A stretch of DNA of 63,640 nucleotides, filler included, from Licmophora abbreviata (lineage: Eukaryota): the NCBI GenBank assembly GCA_900291995.1. It is 31 parts of 31 records of this genome, joined end to end, with 100 filler letters (N's around TTAATTAATTAA, not from the genome) between each part and the next. Parts side by side here need not be neighbours in the genome. Positions count along the whole stretch, not along the records: positions 1 to 1,429 come from OLMU01005817.1; positions 1,530 to 3,227 come from OLMU01005818.1; positions 3,328 to 4,385 come from OLMU01005819.1; positions 4,486 to 6,041 come from OLMU01005821.1; positions 6,142 to 7,208 come from OLMU01005823.1; positions 7,309 to 8,927 come from OLMU01005825.1; positions 9,028 to 12,059 come from OLMU01005826.1; 24 more parts are not named here. One strand, written 5' to 3'. The notes under the pieces are model-generated. The model was given only the letters and a program-made list of their open reading frames with translations. It did no database searches and was not told the DNA's origin. Of this stretch, positions 1-12,159 are shown one piece after another (the first letter of the stretch is position 1; the number at the start of each line of letters is the position of its first letter). The position numbers and the translations under genes were made by a program.

Positions 1-1
1 A

Positions 2-259
2 TCTGGTATCGGAGTCTTCTTCCTTGTACAGAAATGTACTGTGCTTTTGGTCCACAACAACAAGTCAGCGTACTCGGCAAGTTTGTACGTCGACAAAAAT
101 GGAGAAGAGGACCCCAACTTGCGCAGAGGTCGCCCACTCTTCCTCAACGAGCCTCGGTGCCGCGCGTTGGAATCCTTGTGGCGACAGCATGGAATACCGC
201 GTGAAGTAGCCCAGATTCGTTCGACATCGGATCGAGTCATTCGAGACAATTGGTACTAG
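2..259 (+). CDS. C-terminal end of UBR1/PRT6-type N-recognin E3 ubiquitin ligase (5' partial)
   Basis: Frame open from base 2: SGIGVFFLVQKCTVLL...SLYVDKNGEEDPNLRRGRPLFLNEPR...LWRQHGI, matching the conserved UBR C-terminal YxDxxGEED.xLRRGRPL.L motif. Confidence 0.85.
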   Translation, partial: SGIGVFFLVQKCTVLLVHNNKSAYSASLYVDKNGEEDPNLRRGRPLFLNEPRCRALESLWRQHGIPREVAQIRSTSDRVIRDNWY

Positions 260-360
260 TAATTCTCTCTTTGCGTTCTTTGCGCCGATCAAACGAAAAG
301 CTAAACATATAGAACTCAATACACAGTCTATACAACTCAGTCGGAAGAGTGGGCCTTTTT

Positions 361-1429
361 TTATTCCTTCCCATGCTGACTCTGATTGGGCTTGTCGAAT
401 TCCTCCTTGAAATCACGAATAGTGGCTTCGTGTCGGCCTCCATCTACCCCGTTTCGATGCGCAAAAGCCTTGCTCATGAAGGCACCCGACGCAAAGTCGT
501 CCACAAACTGTGACTTGTCCACCGATGCAACCTGCCGACGATGCGCCTCGTGAATGTCCACCTGCAATTTTCCTTGTCGAGCATTCCGTTCAAATGACTC
601 CTCTTCGACACAAGTGGCCCATACTTCCAAAACATCAACATCAAAGTAGGCTTCCATGTCATCCGACAGGATGGGCCCCGTTTGATATGTGACGTCGATG
701 GCAGACGCGCGACAGCCTTCGAGAGATTCCGTAACGTGAAGTCGGGGACGATCGCACGATATCCCGCCAAAGGCCATGCCTCTCAGATCCTGCGGTCGGT
801 GTTTGGGAGGAAGATTCAAGTACATGTAGTGCTTGCCTTGTCCGGTCGAAGGATACATGGCGAGTTTCGGATACAATGTAAACAAAAAGGAATCTGAGCC
901 TTCCCCGTACCATTTAGTAGAGACCTTCCACGGACAGTCCGTGCCGAATCCAAAGATGTCTCCGGTTTTGGACCGAATGAACATCACAGTAGGACCTTTG
1001 TAGGCAATGAGAGCCATTTGCATGACGCGAAATGAGCAGGCATCTTCATCGCTCGAGTACAACCTTCTCCAGGACCCTCCAAGGTGTGGAGACATGAGTG
1101 CTAGAGTCACAGCGAGTTCTTCACCATTCTCCTTCGAAAGGATTGCAGAGGATTTATCCAGCTGAGGCAGAAGAAGTGGAGGTGTGGACTGTCGAAAGGG
1201 GACAGAGTCTGCAAATAGAGCCAAATGGACAAAGGTAGAGAGCGCCGTATAGGCCTGCGGGACAGTCCACGTTGCCCAGTCGGAAACGGAGTTGTCTGAG
1301 GACCAGGCAGCTGGTGCATGGGAGGGACGAGCATGTTCCTCATCACTCTCGTCACAATAGAGTGCATGGCTGGAAAGGGCCAGCTGATATATCCAGAGCC
1401 GAAACTTGTCGTCATCTGTCTCGCCGTCA
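361..1429 (-). CDS. TLDc-domain protein (frame open to contig end; N-terminus probably in 1530-1778)
   Basis: WRRLYSSDEDACSF...YKGPTVMFIRSKTGDIFG...WK...YG...SFLFTLYP...YMYLN...FGG...FDVDVLEVW is a TLDc pattern. No stop upstream of 1224 up to the linker. Confidence 0.85.
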
Positions 1430-1529
1430 NNNNNNNNNNNNNNNNNNNNNNNNNNNNNNNNNNNNNNNNNNNNTTAATTAATTAANNNNNNNNNNNNNNN
1501 NNNNNNNNNNNNNNNNNNNNNNNNNNNNN
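1430..1529. other. Artificial 100-nt contig linker (44 N + TTAATTAATTAA + 44 N); first of 30
   Basis: Identical block with stops in all six frames. It recurs starting at 3228, 4386, 6042, 7209, 8928, 12060, 13916, 15515, 16991, 25190, 27010, 28286, 29973, 31325, 34464, 35748, 37225, 39711, 42283, 44035, 45858, 48324, 49573, 51252, 54215, 56377, 58163, 60382 and 61674. Confidence 0.99.
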
Positions 1530-1778
1530 GGCGAGATTCTCGGGCAGTACGGACTCTTCGACCCGGCGGACCGCAGAGGAATGGGATTCATCTGCTAAAT
1601 ACGAGGAGAATATGAAATCATCGTTGTTCCGATAAAATTGTTCAAGCTCAAGCAATTTTTCTAGCTCATGCTCGGACAGAGGAAATGTCTCCAGGAGACG
1701 AGCATTTGTCGGGTTTCCTCCGTCGTCGTCGTTGTTGCCGACGTTCTCTTCCCTCATGGTTCGTCGTGTCTCTGACAA
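1530..1778 (-). CDS. Probable N-terminal fragment of the TLDc protein
   Basis: Same strand, runs into the linker, protein-like composition (LLETFPLSEHELEKLLEL). Confidence 0.45.
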
Positions 1779-2239
1779 GAAAAGTGATGCGAGCCGAGTG
1801 CCGCGAGGAGGACATCACTGTCTCTCTTGGATGGAGAACTCTCCAGCGCACCTCGTCAGATGTCGTACCTTCCTAATCAAAATCTCTTGCTCATCACGTA
1901 TCGTGCTCTCTAACGCTTGGTTTTCAGATGGACGCCAGACAGACCCATCGCCAGGCAAGACTGACCTTGCCACCGGTACGACTGACTGACTGACGCGCGG
2001 TGAGAAGGATCATCTCTGCGTTTCGAATGGCCGGCGACGAGAGCGGTGCTGAACAATCAAGCCGTAACAGTATGTGATGAGAGCGCCACAGTGCTGCCAT
2101 AGATGCTATCATACCAGTACCGTCTTCTCCACTGGAGCAGCTGTCCCTCTTGACTTTGTTGATGTTGTCGTCGAAAGGATACTAGCTCTCGGAGAGAAGT
2201 CGTGATCACATTCCCACTCAAGAGCAAGGTCTGTCCAAA

Positions 2240-2801
2240 ATGGTGCGACACAAGACGCGACATTTCCTTCTTCGTTTGGATTTTGAACAGGATCTGCGAA
2301 CAACAACAGGTCGGACTGCACCTGAACGCTCTACGGATGCCTTGACCAAGAAGGACATTTTTAAGCGCATTCGAGATACTCTTTTGTCCTCGTTTGGAGT
2401 TGCTGCTAGCGGTGTAGCCCACGAAATACAAGGTACGAGGAGGGGCGTCCGTTGACACGAATGGCGCTTGGGACGGTACTGGGATTCACAACCTTGTCTG
2501 ACGTCTCATCTATGCTCTTATCTCAGTACGATTCTATGACGACGAGTTTCAACTCGTCATGATGCGTGTCCCTCGCGACGGCGCTGCCCTTGTGCGGTCC
2601 GCTCTCAGTTTGATCACCTCCTTGAATGGACGCCGTGTTGTCATGTCTACCATTTCTGTCAATGGCAGCACCCGAACTGCGAAAATGGCAACTATTCTTG
2701 AATACAAACGAAGGTTAAGAGAGGGAGGTGGCGACAACCGGTCAAGTCAGAGGGTGCGCGAGCTAGAAGAAAGAATTAGTCTTGTTCGTGGCTTGGATTG
2801 A
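2240..2801 (+). CDS. POP5: RNase P/MRP subunit POP5 (Rpp14/Pop5 family); intron 2433-2526
   Basis: MVRHKTRHFLL...IRDTLLSSFG, then a GT-AG intron restores frame to VRFYDDEFQLVMMRVPRDGAALVRSALSLIT...ISVNGSTRTAK. Confidence 0.85.
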
Positions 2802-4015
2802 GACGACTGTGTCCGATAGAGAACGGTTCGATTTTCAGCCTCATACAGTGGCTGTGTTCTCCATGATTCCGAGTTCGGCGTACCAACAGCTTTGTTTGTA
2901 AGGTCACGTTCCGAGTGATACGTTTGCCCATGCTTGCTCCAGTGTTATAAATATCTCGGAGTACGAAACTGCTAAAAATAAGCGAGCAAGACCATTACGC
3001 TGGCCTTGGGGGCATTGATTGAAACAGAGCCAACTGATGCTATACTCGCAGACGACGGTACTACGGAGTAGTTAGGTACTGTACCTGGTACTCCATCACT
3101 CATCAGGCCTCAGGTTTACCTATCTTCTACGCCATCACTCGACAGATGGGCTACGATGCGGAAGGGGCCAGACCATTTCCAAGTGTTTTTCGCAAAAGGT
3201 GTATTGCACGTAGAAAGTGATCGTCAGNNNNNNNNNNNNNNNNNNNNNNNNNNNNNNNNNNNNNNNNNNNNTTAATTAATTAANNNNNNNNNNNNNNNNN
3301 NNNNNNNNNNNNNNNNNNNNNNNNNNNGCATAAATTTCTCTCAGATCGTGGCTACCCCATGCACATCAATATCCTTTGTGTGAGTACCTACAGAAAACTA
3401 CTGCAGTGTCGACGCAGGACTCGAAATGTACAGATACAACGTTGAACGCCCCATGAGGACAAGAAAACTACTAAGCTAACTTGCTACCTGAATGCTGACC
3501 ATGTGCTTGTTTTGCCCCTATGTAGTACAGTCGGCCAGATGGCACCAGGTATCAAATAGCCTACTCGTACCTGGTATGTAACGGTACCTGGTATCGTACG
3601 ATACTCGGAGTACATCGTACCGGTCGAACGGTACGAGAAAACGCGAGGAAAGTGTAAAAATCGGCAGATTTTGGAGCAAACGGAGCGCCTGACTTCTTTT
3701 TCTCTTCATAATATTGAAGATCCCCGTGTATGCAAGAACTTCAAAAGTATATTCCTTCATGTTGATGTCACACTTCATTTGAATATAAACATTCATATAA
3801 TTATATGAATATTACAGGAGAGTTCATGTAAACCTTCATCCGCGAGGGTGGCAATGATAGAACCCAACGGACTGAGCAAATAGAAAAAAGGGGCCAAGAG
3901 AGCTAAAATCAAAAACAAAAACCAAGGTCTCATGTTGCGCTGTCGTTGAGGTTGTTGCTGATCATATCGAGAGCGGCTCTCTTTCAAGAGGATATAACAC
4001 ATTGCAAGCTGACCA

Positions 4016-4385
4016 TGTACGGCAAAGCATCCGCCGAGGGGGAGCCAGCGCGCATTCGCCACGACGATGTGCTTCGCTACCATCCAGGCGTGACAGGGTC
4101 AGGCCGGCCTCTGGCCGGTAGCGACGCACCTCAAATGGTTACCGCGACCAGTGGCGAGGCGTTGTTCTCTCCATCGCGCCCATTTCCCTCCGACCTAACT
4201 CCGAGTAGAGGAATGTATGATCCTTCTCCTGCTCTTCTCGGCAGGCTCCCCAGAGAGAAGAGGTCGAATGGGCAGGCTATGGAGTATGCCGCAGGAATCG
4301 TATTTCGTGAGGTGCTGCATCCCATTCTCATGGGCCTTGACAAGTCGCCCCAATTACAAGCGGATGCAACGAGATTTCTCTGTAT
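4016..4385 (+). CDS. Hypothetical protein, 3' partial
   Basis: ORF from ATG 4016 into the linker; no recognised motif. Confidence 0.4.
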
Positions 4386-4765
4386 NNNNNNNNNNNNNNN
4401 NNNNNNNNNNNNNNNNNNNNNNNNNNNNNTTAATTAATTAANNNNNNNNNNNNNNNNNNNNNNNNNNNNNNNNNNNNNNNNNNNNAGTAGCAAGCTCGTT
4501 GTCTAGATTATCTAGATTATCAGTATGCGGCAGCGTTGGCTATCAACTTCAAACTGTATGATAGCATGCAGCCAGAATGCGTTCCCCGAATCGACTCACT
4601 CGACTCGATTGGCGAACGGCGCACCTCAGCGTCCCACGATGCACAACTATAACTGCACAGTGAAAGTGAAGGTCGAGTGGAAACGACGATGTTGGTCTCG
4701 GGGAAGTGCGATGCTTGTTTAGTATACCACTCGTACTAGGACAGGAAGTGAACTGAATAAAGAAG

Positions 4766-5341
4766 ATGGATCATGCAGCAAAGAAAGGCGAAACCAGCAG
4801 CAGGCGGCGGACGTCCGGCCGCATACAAGAGTGCCGTCGTCGCCGAGAAGACGATGCCGACGTGCTTCCAGAACCCATACCAGTAAAGCGGCGAAGAAAA
4901 AAGAGAAAACTTCCAAAGTATGAAGTTGGAGAAATGGCGCCCACAGAACTGAATGCGGCTGGGCACATCCTTGGCGACCTAGTTCACCAATACTTAAATG
5001 CCGACCGTGAGGGCGGGCAGGATCGAGTATCGCGTGGCGAACGACAGTATCTGACATCATGGGTCGAGGCGGTTCAGCCGAGAATGAACGCCGAGAGCAA
5101 GTCTGTCCTTGAAAGCGTCAAGCTCGTGCAAAAATTCAAGGAGACCAGCGACACATTACAAGACTTGCGAGATGACTTGGTCGTATTGAGAGCGGTCACG
5201 CGCAATCTACATACCGAAACAGGCAAACTGCAAGAACAGGCGGAGCGGTCTAGGAAACTGAATCAAGCAAGGCGTGGAGCGTGTCACTTTCTAGAAGCGC
5301 TGGAGAAGGTTGCTGGATACGATTCTCACGCGTTGGACTGA
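4766..5341 (+). CDS. Hypothetical protein with basic NLS-like stretch and C-terminal coiled coil (may continue the 4016 gene)
   Basis: 191-aa ORF with KRRRKKRK and a heptad-like C-terminus. Confidence 0.45.
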   Translation: MDHAAKKGETSSRRRTSGRIQECRRRREDDADVLPEPIPVKRRRKKRKLPKYEVGEMAPTELNAAGHILGDLVHQYLNADREGGQDRVSRGERQYLTSWVEAVQPRMNAESKSVLESVKLVQKFKETSDTLQDLRDDLVVLRAVTRNLHTETGKLQEQAERSRKLNQARRGACHFLEALEKVAGYDSHALD

Positions 5342-6142
5342 ATTCATGCGTTCTCACCTGCTTGCATCTACAGTACAAGTTGATGACGACCGTCGGCGCT
5401 TTTCAACTGAGGCTAAATTTACTGGCGGTGTCGCATTTGTTGTATGGTGATGGAACCGTCCGTCTATTGTATCTCCTTCAACTTTGTTGGTCCTGTAAGG
5501 GCACTCCTCATGTGTTGCTGACGTCTGGTGACAATGTTCTTACATTGAGTATCTACTACGAGAGCGATATGGAAGCGTAGCAGTTAGCAACTTTTTTCTA
5601 TGTCGTCGAGCGCTTCTGGTTAGATGCAAAGAGCCACGATCGAAGGCAAGAATAGGGATGGGCGGCGATCATTAATCACGATAGGTTTCGGCATTTATAT
5701 GCCGTTGGCACACAGCGACGACGGACGGACAGGCCTGTGTGATGGCGGGGGGCACGCACGACTCGCTCGACTCACGGTGTTCACGACTAAAACAATAGAC
5801 ACGTGACTGACTGGATTCGACTCACTCGACTGCCTCATCGTAGCTGACGAAGGACAGATGCCGTTTATTTGCCACGCGGAACCACCCATTCTTTCTACAA
5901 GAAAGTTCAGTAGAGTTCTACGGACAATGACCCAATGACCCACCAACGGATGCATTTTGCCGCCACGGTTTTCGATCGAGATCTCTCGAGCATTCCAAAC
6001 CCAACACAATCATTGTTGGCCCAGAGTTGCTGTAGTATTCCNNNNNNNNNNNNNNNNNNNNNNNNNNNNNNNNNNNNNNNNNNNNTTAATTAATTAANNN
6101 NNNNNNNNNNNNNNNNNNNNNNNNNNNNNNNNNNNNNNNNNC

Positions 6143-7208
6143 TACTCGACGTTCCTGGTCGCAGACCGAGTCACGGTTGCATCCAAGCACCCCGAGTCGG
6201 ACACGCAGCATGTATGGGAATCGATCAATGGCTCGAGTGAGTTTGTCATTTATCCCGACCCGCGTGGCAATACCTTGAAGCGTGGTACTGAAATCACACT
6301 TCATCTGAAGGAGGACTGCCGGGAATACGAGAGTGCCTCGCGACTCAAGAATCTTGTGACTCACTACTCCGAGTTTGTCACGCATCCAATTCATCTCCGC
6401 ACGACCAAGACGGATATGGTTGAAATCGAAGACGAGGAGGACAAGAAGGAGGAGGACGAAATGAAAGAAGAGGATGATCTCGAAGTAAGTGAGGATGACG
6501 AAGTCGAAGAACCAAAGAAGCAATTCAAAGAGGTTACCACCCACGAATGGGAGGAGATCAACAACAACCCCGCTATCTGGGCCCGCTCCAAGGATGATGT
6601 TTCGAACGACGAGTACCAGGAGTTTTGGAAGGTCCTTTCTAAGGAATCGTTCAACAACGCCACTCGCTGGACGCACTTTGATGCCGAGGGCAAAATCAAC
6701 TTTAGGAGTATTCTCTATCTTCCGGAGGAACTGCCACAGTCGTACCAGTACGGAAACATTGAGCCCATCCCGGGTGGGCTCAAGTTGTACGTCCGTAAGG
6801 TCCTGATTTCTGACGCATTTGATCTCATGCCGAGGTATCTTGGATTCATTCGAGGAGTCGTTGACTCTGAAGACCTTCCGCTCAATGTGAACCGCGAATC
6901 GCTTCAAGAGAGCAAGATCATTCAGATCATCAAGAAGAAGCTCGTTCGAAAGGCCATTGACATGATAAAGGAATTCTCTAAAGAGGAAGCCTCGGACGAA
7001 GAAGAGGTCGAGGCTGAGATTGACGTCGATGGAAACGTGATTGAGACGGAGCCTGCCGAGAAGGAGGCGCCGTACCTGGAATGGTACAAGAAGTTCAGCC
7101 CTAGTCTGAAGATGGGAGTCATCGACGATGAGCCCAATCGCGGCCGCCTGATGAAGCTGCTCCGATTCCAGACTTCCAAGTCAGATGGAAAATGGATCAG
7201 CCTGGAAG
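6143..7208 (+). CDS. HSP90B1: ER HSP90 / endoplasmin (GRP94), internal fragment
   Basis: YSTFLVADRVTVASK, DPRGNTLKRGTEITLHLKED, acidic linker, LKLYVRKVLISD, GVVDSEDLPLNVNRE, IKKKLVRKAIDMI, KMGVIDDEPNRGRLMKLLRF. Confidence 0.92.
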
Positions 7209-7308
7209 NNNNNNNNNNNNNNNNNNNNNNNNNNNNNNNNNNNNNNNNNNNNTTAATTAATTAANNNNNNNNNNNNNNNNNNNNNNNNNNNNNNNNNNNN
7301 NNNNNNNN

Positions 7309-8634
7309 ATCTACATTTGGGTCCAGAACAGAACGATGTGTGATGGCATAAGCGGCTGGGACGGACACAAATGCCAGCAACGCGACAGCCGGAAGCGCTT
7401 CTAGAGCCCTGCCTATTATTGCGGTCGCTCGCCTGACAAGAGAGCAATAGTCTTAGACAACAACGACAATGCCATTCCAACACACGGATGCGCAAACTTA
7501 CACTGGGGTGAACGGATCCTGCCCTCTGGCAGCGATCTGGTCATAGTGGTCCTGCATTGTAATTTTCCCGTACTTTTCAGAGGGAGCGGTCGTTAGCATG
7601 TCCTCTACAGCATAGTATTTCCCGATCCGCGCAGTCTCTGCAGCGTCCTCTAGCTGCTCGCTTTTGAACATGGTAGCAAGACCCTGCATCATCTGAATAA
7701 TTGGATCGAACAAGTACGTGGGAGCGTACACGAACCTGGGCTCTCTCCCAATCGCGCGAAACATCATTTCTCCCAACATCTTGTTGGTGAGAGGCTCATC
7801 CGGTCCGCCAACGTTGAGGATTCTATTTCGTTTGCTGTCGTCTGTCAAGCAATCCATCATGTACTCGGCCAGCTCGCTTTCAGCAATAGGGTTGCATCTT
7901 GTCACTTGCCCGTCTCCAAATAAGACATAAGGCGCCCCTTCCTTGATGGCTTCGAGTTGCCCCGACACGGACTTGAAGAAGGCGGTTGGTCTGACAATGC
8001 TGTAGTCTATGGCGGACTGCTGCTGAAGCTCTGCCTCAAACTTTAACTTTGCTTGCTGCAGATGTAGCAATGGATTTCGACAGCAAAAAGCACTGAGCAA
8101 AACAAAGCTTTTTGCATCCACCTCTTGTCCAGCCTGTAGGCAGTTCATCGTGGCCTGATAGTCAATGGCATGCGCGTCGCTTCGGGTACCCGACGGCGAC
8201 GCCAAACATGAAATGACTGCATCGACCGGATGCTGCTCGCTGACCGACTCGAATGTCTTCGATAGCTGTTGCATATCTGTTACGTTGCATTCAACAACTC
8301 TTGCCCCTCGAAATGAATCTCCAAACATTCTTTGGCCTTGTTCGCTTTCGAGTTTTGAACTATCTCGCACCAACGCCACTGTGTCGTACCCTCTTCTCAC
8401 AGATTCTGCCACAACTGCCTGGCCTATATAACCTGTCGCACCCGCAACAATGACTGTCTTGGTCAGCTCTGCGCCTTCAATATCTTGTTGAGTGCTTCTA
8501 CGAGTCAAGAAGGAGGGCCCTGAGTTCATTGCAGAGGATTGACTCCTCGGAGCGAAAGACTCGCAGAGGACAATTGCCGTGCCGACCAAAAGAAAGATCA
8601 CCCGATGAAATCGTCTCACTGACAGTGTCCCCAT
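7309..8634 (-). CDS. DVR: NADPH-dependent divinyl chlorophyllide a 8-vinyl reductase, plastid-targeted; intron 7433-7501; 3' partial
   Basis: Signal peptide + CES-FAP leader; GATGYIG, SCLASPSG, IDYQATMN, LLSAFCCRNPLLHLQQAKLKFE, IVRPTAFFKSVSGQ, GKYYAVEDML. Confidence 0.9.
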
Positions 8635-9027
8635 GGCACGATCACGCATTATCTCTTTGATCAACACAATAAACAGAACAGAAGTGCACAGAAGACTTCA
8701 CTTCGAACCTTTGCACCGCGATGTGATGGGCGTGAGAGGAAGCAAAATTCGAGGCAAATCTTTTCGCGATCCCATTTCAACTTGAAGTTGGTTCGAGCTT
8801 TCCTTTATCGACAAAAACGCGAGCTCGCAATGAACGAGCTCTGAGCTCCATAAAACGATGGTCATTTCCTCTGTGCCAAGAGTTGTTGTCGACTGCACTG
8901 GCATTTTGTAAAACCATCTTGGACCATNNNNNNNNNNNNNNNNNNNNNNNNNNNNNNNNNNNNNNNNNNNNTTAATTAATTAANNNNNNNNNNNNNNNNN
9001 NNNNNNNNNNNNNNNNNNNNNNNNNNN

Positions 9028-11859
9028 GCAACGGCCGCCAGCCTTATGATTTACAGCAGACAGACAGTGCAAAGGCTCGTCTTACGTTAGCACTAGCCTG
9101 TGTGTGGCCCTTGATTGTCTTGTTCTTTTTGTCCTCGTCGGGACCATCCTCTCCCAGCAGCAGGGGTCTCGCGCTGCCTGAACACACGGATACATCCTTG
9201 CAGCTTCGCAATTTCCTTGATCGAGTCGATATTCTCGGATATGGACCCACACATCCTCGTATAGCGGTCGTACTGGTAGGCGATGACCGAGACAAAATGA
9301 TTCTCTCCGTCGAGAGTATTTTCAGGTGAGCATGTAGTGCAGTTTTTTCAGTTTTTATCGTACCCAATGACTGCCCTGCTGGAGCTATTACCACAGCGCC
9401 AATCGGATCGCACGCTTCTCACTCGCTCTTCATTTCTACTCACAGTAACACGGACCTCAATCGCCTCTTTGTCGTATGTGCTGTCATGGACGGAGTCGAG
9501 AGCGACAGCAAGCTTACGGACCGCTTGAACTCGATTGATGCTGGTGCCGTGCCTCACTGGCATGGACTTCGTCCTGATGTGCACAAGGACAGCGCTGGGG
9601 GCGACCCAGAGGAGCCGCATGGGAAAAAGGTGCATGCTCTGTTTTCAGGGACCAAACAAGGCCTCACGGCATCTCGATCCGATGCCGTAGACTTTATTCA
9701 GCTGCTTGACAAGAAGCATGTGCAGAGCGGTTTGAAGAGCCCGCAGGAAGACTTGATCTTGTTGTTGATGAAACCGGGGACGGAGCTAACGTCCCGTAAA
9801 TGGTTGGGATCCGTCACTTCGGCGCTCATTGTACCACCGCCTCTTCTACATACCGACAAGGAAGAGGACACCGCTTTGGCAATGAAACTGGCCAATGCAG
9901 TCTCGTTCGGCGTCGAGGGTACTCCCACGAACGAGAAGGCCTTGGCGTTTGACTATCACTTGCAGCCTCTTTGGGTCGATCCTAGTGCAAAGGATATGGC
10001 TCTGAGCAACGGCGCGTCGTTTCCAACGCCGGCCCTGCCAGGCATTGCCACAGCGATGCGACTCGACACCTATGTAAATCTTCCGGCGCAAGACGAGGCC
10101 ATCCCGCAAGAATGGCTTGTCGAGGTGGATCTGGCCCTGAACCTTTGGCTGTGCGCTGATGGGGTTGACGTACTATCCGACGTGACCGTGTCTCCCCCGT
10201 CTGATTATGATCCCACCGCGAGTGAGAAGATCACTCCGCATCAAGCGGCACGCTTCGCAGCAGCCTGGGCGAACGATGAGGCCACGAACGTGCTGTATAA
10301 TACGGTCTTGGAAACGCATAGGGAACTCACGCGGCTCGAGTGGGATACCATGATGGCGACTGCGAGTCACAGTCCTGGGTTCCCTTCCGGCCTGCAAAAC
10401 AAGTGCCGTCCTTCTCTTGGTACGCTCAGGAAATCAGTCCTAGTCTCGTGGCACCGGAGTCCCCAGGGGAACAGAACGTTGTCTCGGAAAGCAAAGCTGA
10501 CACGAGTGCAGAGAAGGATACCAATAAAAAGGAGCAATCAAAGGGTGAAGATAGTGATCTCCCTGACAAGCCGCTTCCTGTTCCCGAGGTGAAGGACGAA
10601 CCCGATAACGGAGACACTGGCAATGCGCTGCCTCCTCCACGAAATGACCCGAAGCTTCCTTCCAAGCCATTGACCGAGGCCCGCCTAGAACTTATTCAAA
10701 AGGCCAAACCTGTGGATTTGACATACGTTGACGTGAGCGGCGGTCACAAGGAGCATCCTCACTTGGGAGCGATCGACGAAGACGACAAACCTGGATATGT
10801 TCACGACGAAACGGCTCTTCGTAAGAATCCCGCTCCTTTTGAGTTTGACAACTTGCAGACTGCCTGCAAGAGACGTGACAACCACTACAAGATGCTCACC
10901 GAGAAGGTATTTGTGGATGCGAAAGCGGATGAGGCGGCGGAACAGAGCGGCGAGAAACGTGACAAAATCTTTTGTCTTGTATACACTATCGACAGTGGTC
11001 ATCCCAAGATCCCCGCTATTCGCGAGACGTGGGGACCAAAGTGCGATGGATTCATGGTCGGATCGAACAAGACAGAGACTGCCATTGGGGCTGTAAATAT
11101 TCTTCACGAAGGTCCAGAGGAGTACAACAATATATGGCAAAAGGTCAGGAGTATGTGGAGCTACATTTACGACAACTACTACGAGGACTACGACTGGTTC
11201 CACATCGGTGGTGATGACCTGTATCTTATTGTTGAGAATCTTCGACTGTATCTCGAGAGTGAGGAGATCCGAACGGCGGCGAATGGAGGCATATACCTTC
11301 CGAACGGCGATGAAACGTCGCAAACTCCGCTTTTCTTGGGCCGTCGATTCGCGTACATGGGCGACATGAACGACATTTTCAACTCGGGTGGTTCCGGATA
11401 CACAATGAATAAGGCAGCTTTGAAGGCCTTGGTTGTTGACGGATTTACCAACTACTTCCCACACGCTCACACTTTCTCTGAAGACACCATGGTGGCTCGT
11501 ATATTCCGCAAAATGGGCATTTATGCCTATGACACGAAAGATGAAACTGGAGGAGAACGGTATATGCCGTTCATGGTGAGTCGACTTTATATGGAGAAAC
11601 CCTGTTCAATATTGTAGATCGAAGATATCTAACGCATGGATTTGCTTTCTCTTGTTTTCTTCACCAGCCTGGCCATCACTATGGCTACCGACCACCGGAC
11701 GATCCTAGTAAAGACTGGTACGCCATGTACTCGATCGACATCAAGTTTGGACTGGATCACTGCGCGGCTCGAAGCGTCGCCTTCCACTATGTCAAGGGGA
11801 ACGACATGAAACGGCTACACGCGATCCTGTATCATCTATGTCCCGCTGAAACATTGTAA
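9028..11859 (+). CDS. Type II membrane glycosyltransferase: degenerate ppGalNAc-T (GT27-like) domain + core-1 beta-1,3-galactosyltransferase-like (GT31) domain; introns 9326-9445 and 11576-11667; 1-nt frameshift near 10407
   Basis: N-terminal TM helix. C-terminal IFCLVYT, AIRETWGPKCDGF, IWQKVRSMWSYIY, DYDWFHIGGDDLYLIVENLRLYL, PLFLGRRF, NSGGSGYTMNKAAL, SED, SVAFHYV. GT27-like motifs lie upstream. Confidence 0.85.
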
Positions 11860-12159
11860 CTCCGGAAAATGGTTAACCATTGTTGTTAGAGCCAGCTCTC
11901 TAGAGTTCAATATGAACGTGTTCGTGGCCGCCATAAGATGCTTTGATCACATACGTCTTTCTCTTCATCTTCGTTTCATCGTATGCGACAAATGCATGCC
12001 CAGAACGGGTCGTCACGTGGAATGTCTCCTCTGGCTGCAAAGCCGCCTTGACAGGCACCNNNNNNNNNNNNNNNNNNNNNNNNNNNNNNNNNNNNNNNNN
12101 NNNTTAATTAATTAANNNNNNNNNNNNNNNNNNNNNNNNNNNNNNNNNNNNNNNNNNNN

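Noticed and set aside
6086..6907. 273-aa minus-strand ORF
   Set aside because: Antisense shadow of conserved HSP90; the same applies to 10685-11470 and 55375-56130.
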